From: Lophium mytilinum
Taxonomy: Eukaryota
Assembly (NCBI GenBank): GCA_010093605.1
Contig: MU004184.1
Location: 692,801-756,800, forward strand
Direction of reading: 5' to 3'
DNA: 64,000 bases
Below are positions 46,248-58,695 of the stretch, piece after piece; the stretch's first letter is position 1; every line of letters starts with the position of its first letter. Both the position numbers and the translations under genes were made by a program. Under the pieces are notes generated by a model. The model saw only the letters and a list, made by a program, of their open reading frames with translations. It had not been told where the DNA came from and did no database searches.

Positions 46248-48174
46248 TGTTTCGAGGAGGCGGAAGAGCAGAGTCGGCTAAGAAGGGCGGTTGGTGATGT
46301 GGTAGTGGCAGAGTTGACCTGCTGTCGCGATCTAAGCTCAACCCAGGAATCGGGTGTGTGAATAAGTAGGCTCTTATTCTCGATGGCGAAGGTTTTTATC
46401 CATGCGGTACCTTGGCAATGAAAGTGAGACGGCGAAGATGGGTTTCAAGCACAGCGCCACAACTTCTGTTGAATGCATGCTGTAGCGTCTTCACTCAAAT
46501 ATGTACATAGGGCGACCGTGTTTACTACGGGCATCAATTACTGTAGGTAATCTCATAATCCAACACCTTCTCTCAAACTCATATCTCGAGAAATAATGGT
46601 GGGAAGCCTCCTTCATGGAGAGCATCCATAATGACCAAGGGAAATATTCCGTGGTAATAACCTAGAGAGGCATCTATATCGCATGTTGATGAACGGAAAG
46701 GACTACATATTATATTACAACGTGAGATGCTAGGTAAATATGGCGGGTAAGAGAAGCGTTCGGTATTGATAATGACTGAGAACCTGTAGTAACAGCTAAT
46801 ATCTTATGGTGTTGGCTAGTATCTTATATCGCAATAGCGGTACCCTACGGCGAAAGCTAAGTGCATCTAGGATGTGTATCTAGGAATGCATTAAAGCTAA
46901 CATACAGAAACGAAGTCAAGTTTAATACCATTATTGCTTGCTGTGGTAATTGTTATAATCCACCACGCCAACATAGTCAGGTTCAGGACTTGATTTGCGG
47001 GACCCGACCCAGAGCCATGTAAACGTAGCCAGAGCTAATTTACTTAAGGCTCAAGCTTGTCTCTCTGCTTAGGTATCACAAGCTAGGAGAGTTTTATGTG
47101 CCCCTACAGGGCCTCTGACACGCTGATGAATTTCCTGCGGAAGATACTCACCGTGGAGCGCTCTGCTGTGTAGCAGATCGACCACCTCTCCGTACCCACA
47201 GTATGACCGCAGACAACCCTCCAGGTAACGATGCAGGCAACATCATGACTCAAGAATCTCACCTTCTGCCTAAACCTACTCTCACCCCTGAGCTGTTGCC
47301 TAACCTTTTCTCAGCTATAAGACCACACATTTCCCTCGCCCAAATCTGTTCATCAGCTCTCTTTGCCATTATGGCTTAGATCAAGTGTAGTATCTGTTCT
47401 TGCTCAGTCTAACCGCTGAGGAAAGCGGTGCCACGGCCCGCTTACCTACGTTTAGGTTTTATCTTTGGAACCCTCTGCACCAGCCTTCAAGCAACTTGCT
47501 GTGCGAAGGCTGGGGCAACTGTGTCGCTGGTATTTGCACTGCCTCCGGCTGACGCGAAAGCTTTTTTCATTGAGTTCCTGTCTTCATGGCGGGTCTTGAA
47601 GAAGAACTGAGATGGAGAGAGGGGAGGACGAAGTTGAAGCCGCACGGACGCTAGAGTTGAGACTAATTGCTAGGATCTTTCAGGGGACTTGTCATCCTCA
47701 CTCTCAAACCCTCCAGTACCTCTATAGCTCCTGCACTATTGCTGCACGATGCCATCTGTATATACGAATACTTGAACGGAATGATACTTCGGTGCATATG
47801 GATTTTGGACTCACGAAGGCTCCGGCACGCGTCATTATTTCAGGACACCAAGTATCAATCTCTAGAGAAGCTTGACAGCATCTCCGGGATCGGATATTAA
47901 TACACGGTTCCAGTTTGTCCAAGAAGTAGCTGCCGTTAGCGCAGACTCGAGCCGATCTGGCGGGGCATGTTGTGCGGGGGTTGGAGGACCTGAAGCGTGG
48001 AAATGAATATCCGCTGCGGAGCCCAACACCCACTTTACCTCCAGCTGGCGCCAGCTTCTAGAGCTTCCATTCGGATGAGCACATGAACAATTCTAGATCC
48101 CAGTACAAAATGAAGGGTCCGCCGCGTAAGAAGCAGCTCTCACGCGCAGAACATCCCCCGCGATTGCTCTCATC

Positions 48175-49563
48175 ATGGCTCCTACCGGCAACCACGCCCT
48201 CATCTTTGGAGCTTCTGGAATCACAGGCTGGGCCATTGTCAACGCAATTCTGAATGGATACCCTACTAAGGATGCTTTCTCAAAGGTTACCGCTTTAGTC
48301 AATAGGCCGCTGTCCAGAGAAGTGGCTCAGTGGCCAGACGATCCTCGTTTGCAGATAATTACTGGGATCAATCTGTTGAAAGGAACCCAGGAAGAGCTTG
48401 AAAAGGAGATCAAGGAGAAGGTCTCGGGGGTGGAGACCGTGAACCAGGTCTTCTTCTATGGTATACTCGACAATCCAAAACATTCCATCCCGGGCTGACG
48501 AAAGATCCCAAGCCTACAAGCAAGACAATGATAACGACACCGAGTGCCGGGTCAACGAAGACATGTTGGAGCGATCGGTATCAGCTATCGAACACCTGTC
48601 ACCGGAAATGTCATACGTTGTACTCCCCAGCGGCACAAAGGTCAGTCTTTAGGTGCTTAAAACCATGTGAATCAACGAGCTCATGCGCACTATAGATCTA
48701 CGGCATTCACTTGCTGGATGGATTCCCATACGCAGACAAGCTTCCGCTCAGGGAAGACCTACCACCGATTGCAGAGCCATACGTCAGCCAGCTTTTCTAC
48801 TACAACCAGATCGATTGTCTAAAACGGTTGGGAAAGGAGAAGAAATGGGGATGGTGTGAGGTGCGACCAGACAACATTGTAAGAAACACAGTCTTATGAC
48901 GAAGCTTTCAAGTATCTAACATGGAGCGTTCAAGATTGGCTTCGTCCCAAACAACAACGCCTACTGCCTCGCTCAAACTCTTGCTCTCTACCTCGCTCTC
49001 TTCCGCTCCGTCGAAGGCGCCGGCGCCAAATGCGCTTTCCCAGGAAACCCCAAATCTTGGGTAGCCAAATACAACGAGTCACCGCAAGACATGGTCGCGG
49101 AGTTCTCCATCTATGCGAGTCTGCACCCAGAGAAAACGTCGGGCAAGCCGTTCAATGTTGGCGGACAGCTGGATACCTGGGAAGGCAAGTGGCCGATCAT
49201 CTGCGATTATTTTGGCCTTAAGGGCACCGGGCCGGAGGACGGATCGCCTCAACCTGGATCCTACATCGCCGAGCACCGGAAAGAGTGGGATGAGCTGGAG
49301 AAGAAGGAGGGGCTGAAGAAGGGGTCGGTGGATAGCGATATCACGCATCCTGGCTTCCAGGTAAGATATAGACTTGATTCAGATACCCGACTTTTGGTCA
49401 TCTTATTGACGTTGGCTAGTACTTTATAATGTCCTTGTTCAACTTCGATCGTCAAATGGATATGACGGCTAGCCACAATGTTGGATATACCGTAAATACG
49501 GGCACGAAGGAGTCATGGAAGCTCACATTTGACAGAATGAGGAAAGCGAAGGTAATTCCATGA
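48175..49563 (+). CDS. Atypical short-chain reductase, PRISE/SirQ-like (5 exons)
   Basis: ALIFGASGITGWA Rossmann motif, LPSGTK/IYG, FYYNQID, WCEVRPDNI/IGFVPNNN and FDRMRKAKVIP*. Confidence 0.85.
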
Positions 49564-49720
49564 AGGCTTAGCCAATCTATAACTCTCTCCGTCTTCTGAG
49601 CTCGTAGTTTCCACAATATATATCACAGACCCTCAATGACCTACCATTTACTCATCCAACATATACACCATGTGTACGGAGATTGGCATTGGCTGTCTCC
49701 GCAATACATATCTCCGCAGC

Positions 49721-51561
49721 TCAATTCCTGATATCCGTCAACTTGATCATCAACGGACTCTTTTCCCACGTATTGAACGCCCGCAGCCCTGCATACTCAT
49801 TCGCGGGGCTCCACAACGGTGCACCGTCCGCAAACTCGACATCGAAGTTCCACAACAAAGCGGCGAGGATGAGTCGAAGTTCCACATACGTCAAGTTGCG
49901 CCCGATGCAGCCTCTAGGCCCTAGCGAGAACGGCTGAGACGCCTTCTTGATGTCGCTGTCGTACTTTGAGTCTAACCAGCGCTCTGGAATGAAGGCGTCC
50001 GGGTTGACGAAGTTCTTGGGGTTGTGCGATGCGGCCCATGAACTAACACATACGGATGTCTTCATAGTGGTCAGTATATCCTATATGTTAAAGTGAAGGC
50101 AAGAGGTAGACTTACTCCTTCAGGGACAAAGCGGCCGTCGATATCGGATCCCCCTTTCGGGACGGTTCTTAGCAGCCCGATAGGAACGGGCGGGAAGATT
50201 CGCAGACCCTCTTCGATGCACGCGTTCATCCACGGCAATTCACCAACCTTCTCCATAACAAGGTCTTCGGGCGTCTTAACGGCATCCCGAATCTCTTTCT
50301 TGAGCTTATCCAGCATAGGAGGGTTTCGGATGAGGTGGTTCAGTAGACCACAGAGCAAGGTAGCCGTGGTTTCGCTTCCAGCAACACTTCGGCGTATCAG
50401 CGTTGGTCACTGCCAATCTAGGGGGTAGACTTACATGAACAGTGCAGAATTCATGATGACCTCGTCATCAGAGACTTCGTTTTTCTTCTCTCGTTGCTTG
50501 AGAACGTACCAAAGGAAGTCCCTGTGCTCCGTCTTCGCTGCCATGCGTCGGAGTGCCTTTTCCTTCGAGTTCGTCAAATGCTTCACCCGTCGCTGGCGAA
50601 CGATACTAGGAATACACCACAGCAAGAACTGCTGCGCCAGGGTACCAGGCTTCGCAAACCGGCGAGTAGCTTGCTCGATAGCCCCAGACTTGATACTCTC
50701 GTAGATAAGAACGACCCAATTCGCCGACTCGCTACCCTCACCTATCCATCAGTCAGTACGCAAAACATAACAGAGCATCCTCAGAACGCAGCGCCATCTT
50801 CAAAAAAACTCACCTTCCTCCAAACACCCAAACGGCTCTCCAAAACTCAGATCGCCAATGATATCAAACGTCGCGAAGTTGAACCAGGACACCATATTCA
50901 CCGCCTTGCCTGCCCGCGCATGCTCCCGCAGCCTCTTCACAAACAGCTCCACATACCCCACCAAGATGGGCTGCTGCTCCAGCAGCGCCTGCTTGCTGAA
51001 CGCGTGCGCCAGCGCCCGCCGCTGCCGCGCGTGGTGCGCTTCGGGTGCCATGGTCAGGTTGGTCGCGCCGGGGATCGCCTCGACGGCCCCGACGTGGATG
51101 GGGTCTTTCTCCATGTTGGGCAGGCCGACGCGGTGGCCGTAGATGTCCTCGAAGGCGCGCGGGGTGTTGAAGGCGAGCTCGTTGGGCATCACGCGCACCA
51201 CGGGGCCGTACTGGTCGTGCAGGATCTTGTATTGGAAGGAGATGCGGCCGGTTAGGAGGTAGTAGATGCTTGGGATCTGGGCCAGATTAGTATTGAGGGG
51301 AGTTGGGCGTGGTTGGGCGGTGGGTTGGCTGTATGTACTGGAGATATGCGCCATAGCAGCGGTCCGGGATACTTTGCGAGTGGGTGAAGGGTGAGGCGGT
51401 AGATTGCTACTAGGGCGGAGTATATCACGAACTGTCTCTTGTGTTAGCATTCGAAAGTTGTGGGAGTCTCGATTGGTGATTATGAGGAGATGGGATACAC
51501 TCACGGCAATGGGCAAGCCCACAGCCAGGAGCGTGAAGCGGTCATAGTCAGCTAGAGCCAT
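49721..51561 (-). CDS. Cytochrome P450 (CYP65/TRI11-like pattern), multi-exon
   Basis: N-terminal TM segment, [59 protein letters not shown] and heme motif [11 protein letters not shown]. Confidence 0.93.
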
Positions 51562-52159
51562 TGTGTCAAAGAATGGAATGAAGTGTGCGAGATCTGGCTC
51601 GGCGTCTGCTTCGCCATTTCGCTCCCATCGCGAGCTTCATATACCAAGCTCCAAAGGTCACAGGCGCATAAGTTGCCCTTGCACTAGAGGAGAACTACGT
51701 GGAATTGGTAAAGCTGTAGCTCTAAGTGGATAAAATCCAGGGGGCCGTCGGAAAAGCGATCGCGAGGGGGTGGAGACGCAGGTGTGCTGACTTGAAGCAG
51801 GTCATGATCTAGAGAAAGATAGCGAGAAATATGTAGATGGCTAGATACTCTGAAGTGCAAGGAACTGACACATAGTTACCAGATGAACGGAAAGCTTGTT
51901 TAGGAGCACTATACCCCAATCAAGACATCTATTTGCTCGAAGTCACGTTGCTGAAGCATCGGAAGACCAGAGGCTGTGTACCCCGCGCCTCCACATCCCC
52001 GCATTGATGTAACGCGCTAGAGCTCCGGAAGGGAAAGACTTGATTCATGCTAACGCTGGAAATGAAATTGACTGACTCGTGCTCCCAATTTGCCCCATGC
52101 GCCCACAATGCTGTATCATCAATATCATACATCTAATACACTCTCCTTTCATAGAAATC

Positions 52160-53087
52160 TCATGCTGCCTTTACTGCCCATGATGGGTCTGGTCCAATTG
52201 GCGGCGTAATCCACCCTGCCTTTGCCACTGCCTGCAGGCCCCCAAACCAAATATCGCCCATGTGCTTGTATCCAACAGGAGTCCTAGGTAATCGTCAGCA
52301 TCAACACTCATCCTCACGGTGGGATAAACCAGAACTTACGGATGAAGCCCATCAATCAGCTCATCCTTCGTGACACTAGAGAAATCCACAACGGCCACCT
52401 TCCACCCATCATCCGCCCTTTGCTTCACTACCGCCGGCACCTGCGCATTATATGTCTTGATCCTCGCCTCTGTCGCTGCATCTTTCGCGTTGATGATCTG
52501 CGCAACCAACACTACACTCTCCGGCAGCGCTTTCAACACTTGATCAATCAAAGTGCCCAGCCTCGTCGGCGCATCTGCATAGGGCTCGTTCGACGGTGGG
52601 ACTCTGTCAAGGTCATTCGTGCCGGCATGGAGCAGCACGACGTTTGGCTTCATGTCTAAACCTGGGCCTGCGATTCCCGCGATCCCTGAGATGGTATAGC
52701 CCGGGTAGCCTTGGTTGTAATTATCGTTCATGATGCCGGAGCGCTGAGTGCCAACAAAGAGCCAGTTGGAGCCGGCGATGTCTTCGGAGAGCCCGAGGCG
52801 GTAGCCGTCGGTGCCGTTGGTGCCGTTCCAGCCATAGGTGATGCTGTCGCCAAGGGGCAGTATGCGGAGTTCGGTGCCGGGGGCGACAATGGTGCGTTTG
52901 GGGGTTGCGCTGTGGGGAAGAGAGGTGGCGAGGGTGAGGTCTGAGGACGTTAGAGAGGGAGGACGAGATGTACTGAGTGGTATTCTGAAAACAGTAGAAA
53001 AATTGTTAACTATCAGAGAAGTTACTTACAGAATGCTAGTAATACTCCTACTGGGAGCACAAAACGGGAACAGAATCTCGAAGACAT
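52160..53087 (-). CDS. Secreted SGNH/GDSL hydrolase (CE3-like esterase); 3 exons
   Basis: Signal-like MSSRFCSRFVLPVGVLLAF, then RILPLGDSITYG (block I), GYPGYTI, LLHAGTND (block III) and DGLHP/TPVGYKHMG (block V). Confidence 0.88.
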
Positions 53088-53723
53088 TTTTGTTTTGCAG
53101 AAATTAAACGACCTAGCAATAAAGGGAGAGTTCTGTAACTCCCTTGGAGCGTCTTGTTCAGCCCATCTTATATCCATTCTTGTGGGGTCTGAGGCGTGCT
53201 GTGCTATCACACGACAGGACGTGCTGGACGATCGGCGGGTAACGTCGCATCCCACAGCCTTCTCTCGCTCCTCCGTAGGGCTGATTGTCTCCCGATTTTA
53301 ATAAGCAACTGCGCGTTTAAGGCCAGTGATTCTCTAGTAGGCAAGCTTGTAGGTGGTTGAAGACCCCTGCGCCTTGCGAATCTCACTCACGTCAGCCCAA
53401 GGTCGCCGAATCCTTCCAGCACATCATACGTCATAGGGCTAGTGTGGTTGGATGGACGAATGAATAATGACACACCTAAAATCGAAACGGCCAATCAATA
53501 CCTATTTTTAGATATTGCGTCTCCTAATCCAAAAGAGGGGGTTGCTCATATATATTGAAGTAACATGCAAGCTTCAAACTGGTTCACTCAGGCGCAATAT
53601 TTGTAGGTACTATACTAACCATTTGCGAGCAACGCTTTATGCAAAATAGACAGATCATGTGAGAAAATCTTAGATATAGATATTCTTGATAATTGTGGTA
53701 TTCCTACATCTTATCTGCAAGCT

Positions 53724-56700
53724 CTACAAATTCATTGTAACAGTCATGCTATTGCTGTGGACTAACAGCGCCGGCGGCAAGTCCTGACACAAGACCTCCA
53801 AGTCTCCGAGATACCTCACGCTATCCGCTTCGCTCTGGCACGTTCCTTCGAGTGGACTTGGTAATGTAGTGAAGAGCACCGCAGTGTTGGGCCCTGAGTG
53901 AGTGCGCATCAACTCGTTCAAGATCAGGTGCTGGGCTCGACACGGAAGATCGTTGAAGCTTAGAGGGAGGGAAGAGGGGAGGGGGAACCCGCTGGCTTGT
54001 GTAGAGTTGCGGGAGGTGAATTGAGAGACGAAGGGGTCCGTAGGGACGGTGGCTGGAGACGGAGAAGCGCGGTGGTAGATGGACTCTTTCCCTGGGTCAC
54101 GATCGGGCGAAGGTTGGTCGGTGAACATGATGGACGGGCCAGGCCCATCCTCTGTAGCTACTTTCGTCCTTGGAACTGGCTTCGAGGAGAATTTGGGCAT
54201 CGATTGATTTCGCATCATGGGCGGCCGAGCTGATGATTGGAAGTTCTGGGTTGATAATCCAGGAGTCTGAGGCCCACCCTGCGGATTACTAGTAGGTGGA
54301 GCTCTTTTAGGAGCTCCACCTACCAAAGCTGTGTCGGAGGCTGTAGTATCGGGGTGTGGTCGGAGAGGGGTGACTTCTGACGTCGCTGATAATATCCCAC
54401 GACCAGTGTCTGAGAATTTGCGAAGATTTAATTTTCGTGCAAGAAACGGCAGCCGCATACTGGCGCCCATACTCCTTGTGCGTCTGACAGGTGTAATTGG
54501 TCGTTCATCGTCAGAAGCGTCCAAATCGTAATCCGAAAGATCATTTTCGCTGGCTGCAAGGTCTTCGCTTTCAGTGTGCACGGCTTCGTCATCGCTTTGA
54601 TCAGCAGCAGATGAGCCCTCACTCTCACTGCTTTGACCATCCACGAGATCTGGAGCCAGTCGATGAGTTCGCATCCCCATATTGACGCCGAGTTGGTTTA
54701 TCTCCGAAAATGAAGCCTTCCGTTTCGTTCTGCGAAGCATCTTCTTTAGGCCTTCAAATCGGTTCACCTTGGGTTCGCTTCGCCCGTGGACGAAGGAAGA
54801 GGTTGGCCAGCTAGTGACCGCACCGAGCAAGTCCTCAACGTGCGCTAGCTCCTGGCTAGAGCTGATAGACCCAGTCTTGCCTCGCAATTTTTGTACATCC
54901 TGCCACCATTCTTCTTCCCTCAGAACTTCGTCAATTTGTTCAGCAGCTTCAGCATTGTCGCCTTCGGTGTTACCGTTGATAATGACTTCATAGGTTTTCA
55001 GATCTCCACAAGCCAGCCAAAAGACGAGGACCTCAGCCTGTATCCTCAGGTTTGTGAGAAGAGCGGTAACACGGCCTCGCTCTTCCTCCACGTCCGACTC
55101 GTATTCCACGAACACAGCAACTCGTAACCGATATTCTCGTTTCCAGGACGGCACAGTGTTAAGGATACATCCTAGCTGCAAGATGAGCGTATAAGTGTCG
55201 AAATTGGTCGTTAAGACATTTCGCCTAGACGGATTGCCCTCACCACCAGTTGATAGCTCAGCTGACATCTGAATAGGCCACATATCGATGTGTTTCTTGG
55301 AGCTTTCTTCCACATCCTCGCCTCCAAATTGCAGCGATGAAAACAACCTTTCCATTCGCGAAGGTTTTGGCCCTGGCATTTCTAGATCCTGGAATCCTTT
55401 TGCTACAGCAACGTTGATCTGTAATCGGAGCAAGAGGTCTTCTAGTATGGTAACGTAATTTTGTACGCCGATAGCATTCTCTCTCCTCATAGTGTCAGTG
55501 GGTAGTCTACCATGGGGATTCGCGTCTTTTGCGCCTCTTGCGTCCTCTTTAGCAGTCTGCTGACTCGGAGCAGCTGATGTAGGCCGAGAGTGTTGAGGAG
55601 ATGGGATTTCAATGAGAGGATTGGATTCTCTGAGTTCGCCAAGGTTGTAGAATCCCATGACCACGATGTTTGGTCGCATTCCACCCAAGCCTGCGCTAAG
55701 AACGATATTCCGAGCTCCCCACTCGACCTCAGGCGAGACTGCGATGTTGATGAAAGCTTTGATTTTGGAAAAGTCGATATATTTCGTCCACGCTGTTTGT
55801 TGACGCCGGGCTTCCGGTACTGCTCCTCCGAAATCTTGCGTAACAATCACGTGGCCCAAGACGAAAAGGGCACCTTTTTTGAGGGAATTACAAAACTGAA
55901 TGAGTTTGTACTGCCGCCGAGGATCGTTGACGAATAGAAGAATCTGGGGCCTCCAGAACTTGACATGCTCTTGTCGTAGTCGAAGGAGATATTTTCGGAC
56001 TTGATGGTAAATGAGGCTCTGGCTCACGTCTCCCCATGGCTTCGGGGGTGTCGTGTAGTGGATCAGAAGGAATAAAATCATCAATATTGCGACACACGCT
56101 GATGCATAGAACTGATCCACGAAAAACATGGTCGCACCACTGACGACTGTTCCGATTGCAGCCGTCAACCAATTAAAGTAGTGGAAAGAAGGCCGAAAAT
56201 TTGGGGCGGAACTGATTTTGAGAAGGAAACAGGCTAAGTTTGTGACCAAGAAAGTCATGAGATAGGTCATAGTGATGAAGGAAGCGATTTGGTTGATGTC
56301 GGAAAGCATAGTCAGCTGTGCCACAACGTACGTTATGAAGATAGCATACGTCGGCTCGTCGGCTTTCGCAGTACCTTGACCAAATATAGAAAGACCTGGG
56401 AGGAGGTGGTCGCGAGCTAGAGCCTGAAGTAGCTTGGCAGAGCCAATTACTCCCATCAAAACCGAGAACAAGGACGTTGCAAACTCCCCAAGGAGGATAA
56501 TGACTCCGGAAACATTGACCTAGCATATCATCAGTTCTTGGCATTTTAGCATAGACCTTTACATTTATACATACAAGCTGGATGACATTTGTGTTCCGGT
56601 AGAAAGATGCCCGCGTTATGGTAGCAGCCATTGACAAAATGACAACGGTATACGAAACGAAAGTGAGTAGTAGGCCATAAAGAGTGCCTTTTGGGATAGC

Positions 56701-58019
56701 TTTGCTTGGATGCTTCAGATCGCCTGACATACTCGCACCACTGGACATTATTAGCGTTGAATATTTGAGCTAGATAGCCCGGTACGGTCACTTACGCGAA
56801 TATGCCACCCGTGGCAGGAAACAGGATCCCAAACAAGTCCTGGAAGTTCTCTCTTCCCTTCAGTTGACTGCCGGCGGCTCCTTTAGTCAACGCAGGCATG
56901 AGGTTACCACGCAAGGTTTCAAGACTCAGACCGGTATATTGGATACCTTCTCTGCGGCTTTCGAAAGGGCTCATGATTAGAGCTGAGAATGGGATGCTGA
57001 AGGTAGCTATGAGCAAGATGGCCAGCAGGCCATTACTCGCTCTGGCAAAGAGGCCGCTTCCAGCCAAACAAATACTAGTACAAAGTAGCAAAACGACCGT
57101 CGCCCACAGGTATTGCCACCAGAAACCTTCTGGCATCCACTGATGCCAGCCACCGGTCATTGACCCGAAGTTCTCAATGAAGCAATCAATGAGACCGACA
57201 GCATTCATACTAGTGTTGAAAACGAAGCCAAGGTAGAAGACAATGCCAATGGAGCCCCCAAACTCGGGACCAAGACTCCGCGAGATGAGATAATAGGCAC
57301 CACCACCTCGAACAGTTCCATTGGTGGCAATAGCAGAGATGGACATGGTGGTTAGAAGATTTATAGCATAGCATGCAACGAGCAACCCTTCATATCGTTA
57401 GTGATAGCACTCTGCAGGCTCACTCATACTTACCCAGCATGCCTACTACACCACCTTGTCCCAGAATGAAGCCGAAACGGAGGAACATCAAGATACTGAG
57501 CACATTGAGCGTAGTAGGAACGAATACGCCAGCAAAAGTGCCCAACTTTGATGTCCCACCAACTGGCCTGGGGAATGCTCCTGGCCGTGGCTTGGACCCA
57601 TCGGTCCGCTTGGCGTCATCCGTAGCATGCATTTGCGCAGTCAGAGAGTCGTTCCCAAGTACGGCGTCTCCTGCGAGCTTCCGGCGTGAAGTCGAAGCTC
57701 GTCTGCGGCCTGGCGAGGGGTGCCATGCTGAGGAGAGCCATTTCTGAAGAAAGTTTGGTGAAGTCGGCCCATCTTGCTCTTGCTCCTGGGTCCCGTCGTT
57801 GCCTACAGGCTCGTATGGGTTTCCTGTCCGTTCAGAATGGGCAGAGAGGCCGAGCAGTGGGGTTTCTTCATTGGGCGAGGGCGTCGGGAGCGGTGCCACT
57901 GAAGATCGTCTTGCTAACTGCTCAGCATCGTCGGTAGCGGTGCGTGCTAGGAAAGTCGAATGCGTTCTGGGTGGCATGCGCCTGCGCGTGTTGGACCCAT
58001 CCTGTGCGGCAGCTGACAT
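53724..58019 (-). CDS. VHC1: Vacuolar cation-chloride cotransporter (SLC12 family), 4 exons
   Basis: KLGTFAGVFVPTTLNVLSILMFLRFG, AIATNGTVRGGGAYYLISRSLGPEFGGSIG, FPATGGIFA/GASMSGDLK, HVKFWRPQIL and GLGGMRPN. Confidence 0.93.
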
Positions 58020-58695
58020 GGTTGACAGCTAATGGTCGTTGAGGCGGCTCAAAACAAGGTCACGGGAAGGAACCGTGTCTCGGTTATACGTGCTCTGGAT
58101 GTGGTCGTAAGGCAAGAAGAGGCGATGTCTGCAAGGCAGATCTGGGAGTTCAGCCACACGAGAAGACGTGCAGGCGAGAGAGCATGACGGGACTCGTAAG
58201 GGGCTGTAAAGGAGTGAATTGAAGGAAGAAAGCACGTCGTGACGTGCAAATGGTGTTGATATTGAGTCCTGGCCCGAAGATATCGCGAAGTAAAGAGCCA
58301 ATCCTGGGTGACGTCGGTCCCTTGTGATCGAAGAAATCCTCGTGAAAACCCCAGACCCCCAGACAGACCCCCACGCAGCTATCAGGCCCTTCTCCAGGCC
58401 GTCTTCAACCGCACGACGGGTGACCAGCACCGCCTCGTTCTCTGATATCTCAGTCGCTCCCTCAGCCCGATGCCTTATACACACGCGCCCTGAAACACCA
58501 CGCTCATTGCCTGGACGCTGCTCCCTGTATGCCTGCTCTGCTTCCAGCTCACCTAGCTCTCCGCTGATCTCCGCATCTACGCCCACAGCTACCACCACAA
58601 TCGTCTCTCCGTTTCCTTGGATAGAGTATAACGCGGTACATCCTGCCATCCCGTTCCCCCTATACCCGCCAGGTTGAGCACCGTATCCAGTCGCC

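Noticed and set aside
46900..48050. Possible decayed gene upstream of the SDR
   Set aside because: Only short protein-like fragments with stops; no family or exon structure could be supported.
52160..53087. SGNH esterase as the missing partner of the AT3 cluster
   Set aside because: It lies about 26 kb away, beyond many housekeeping genes; nothing in the sequence links them.
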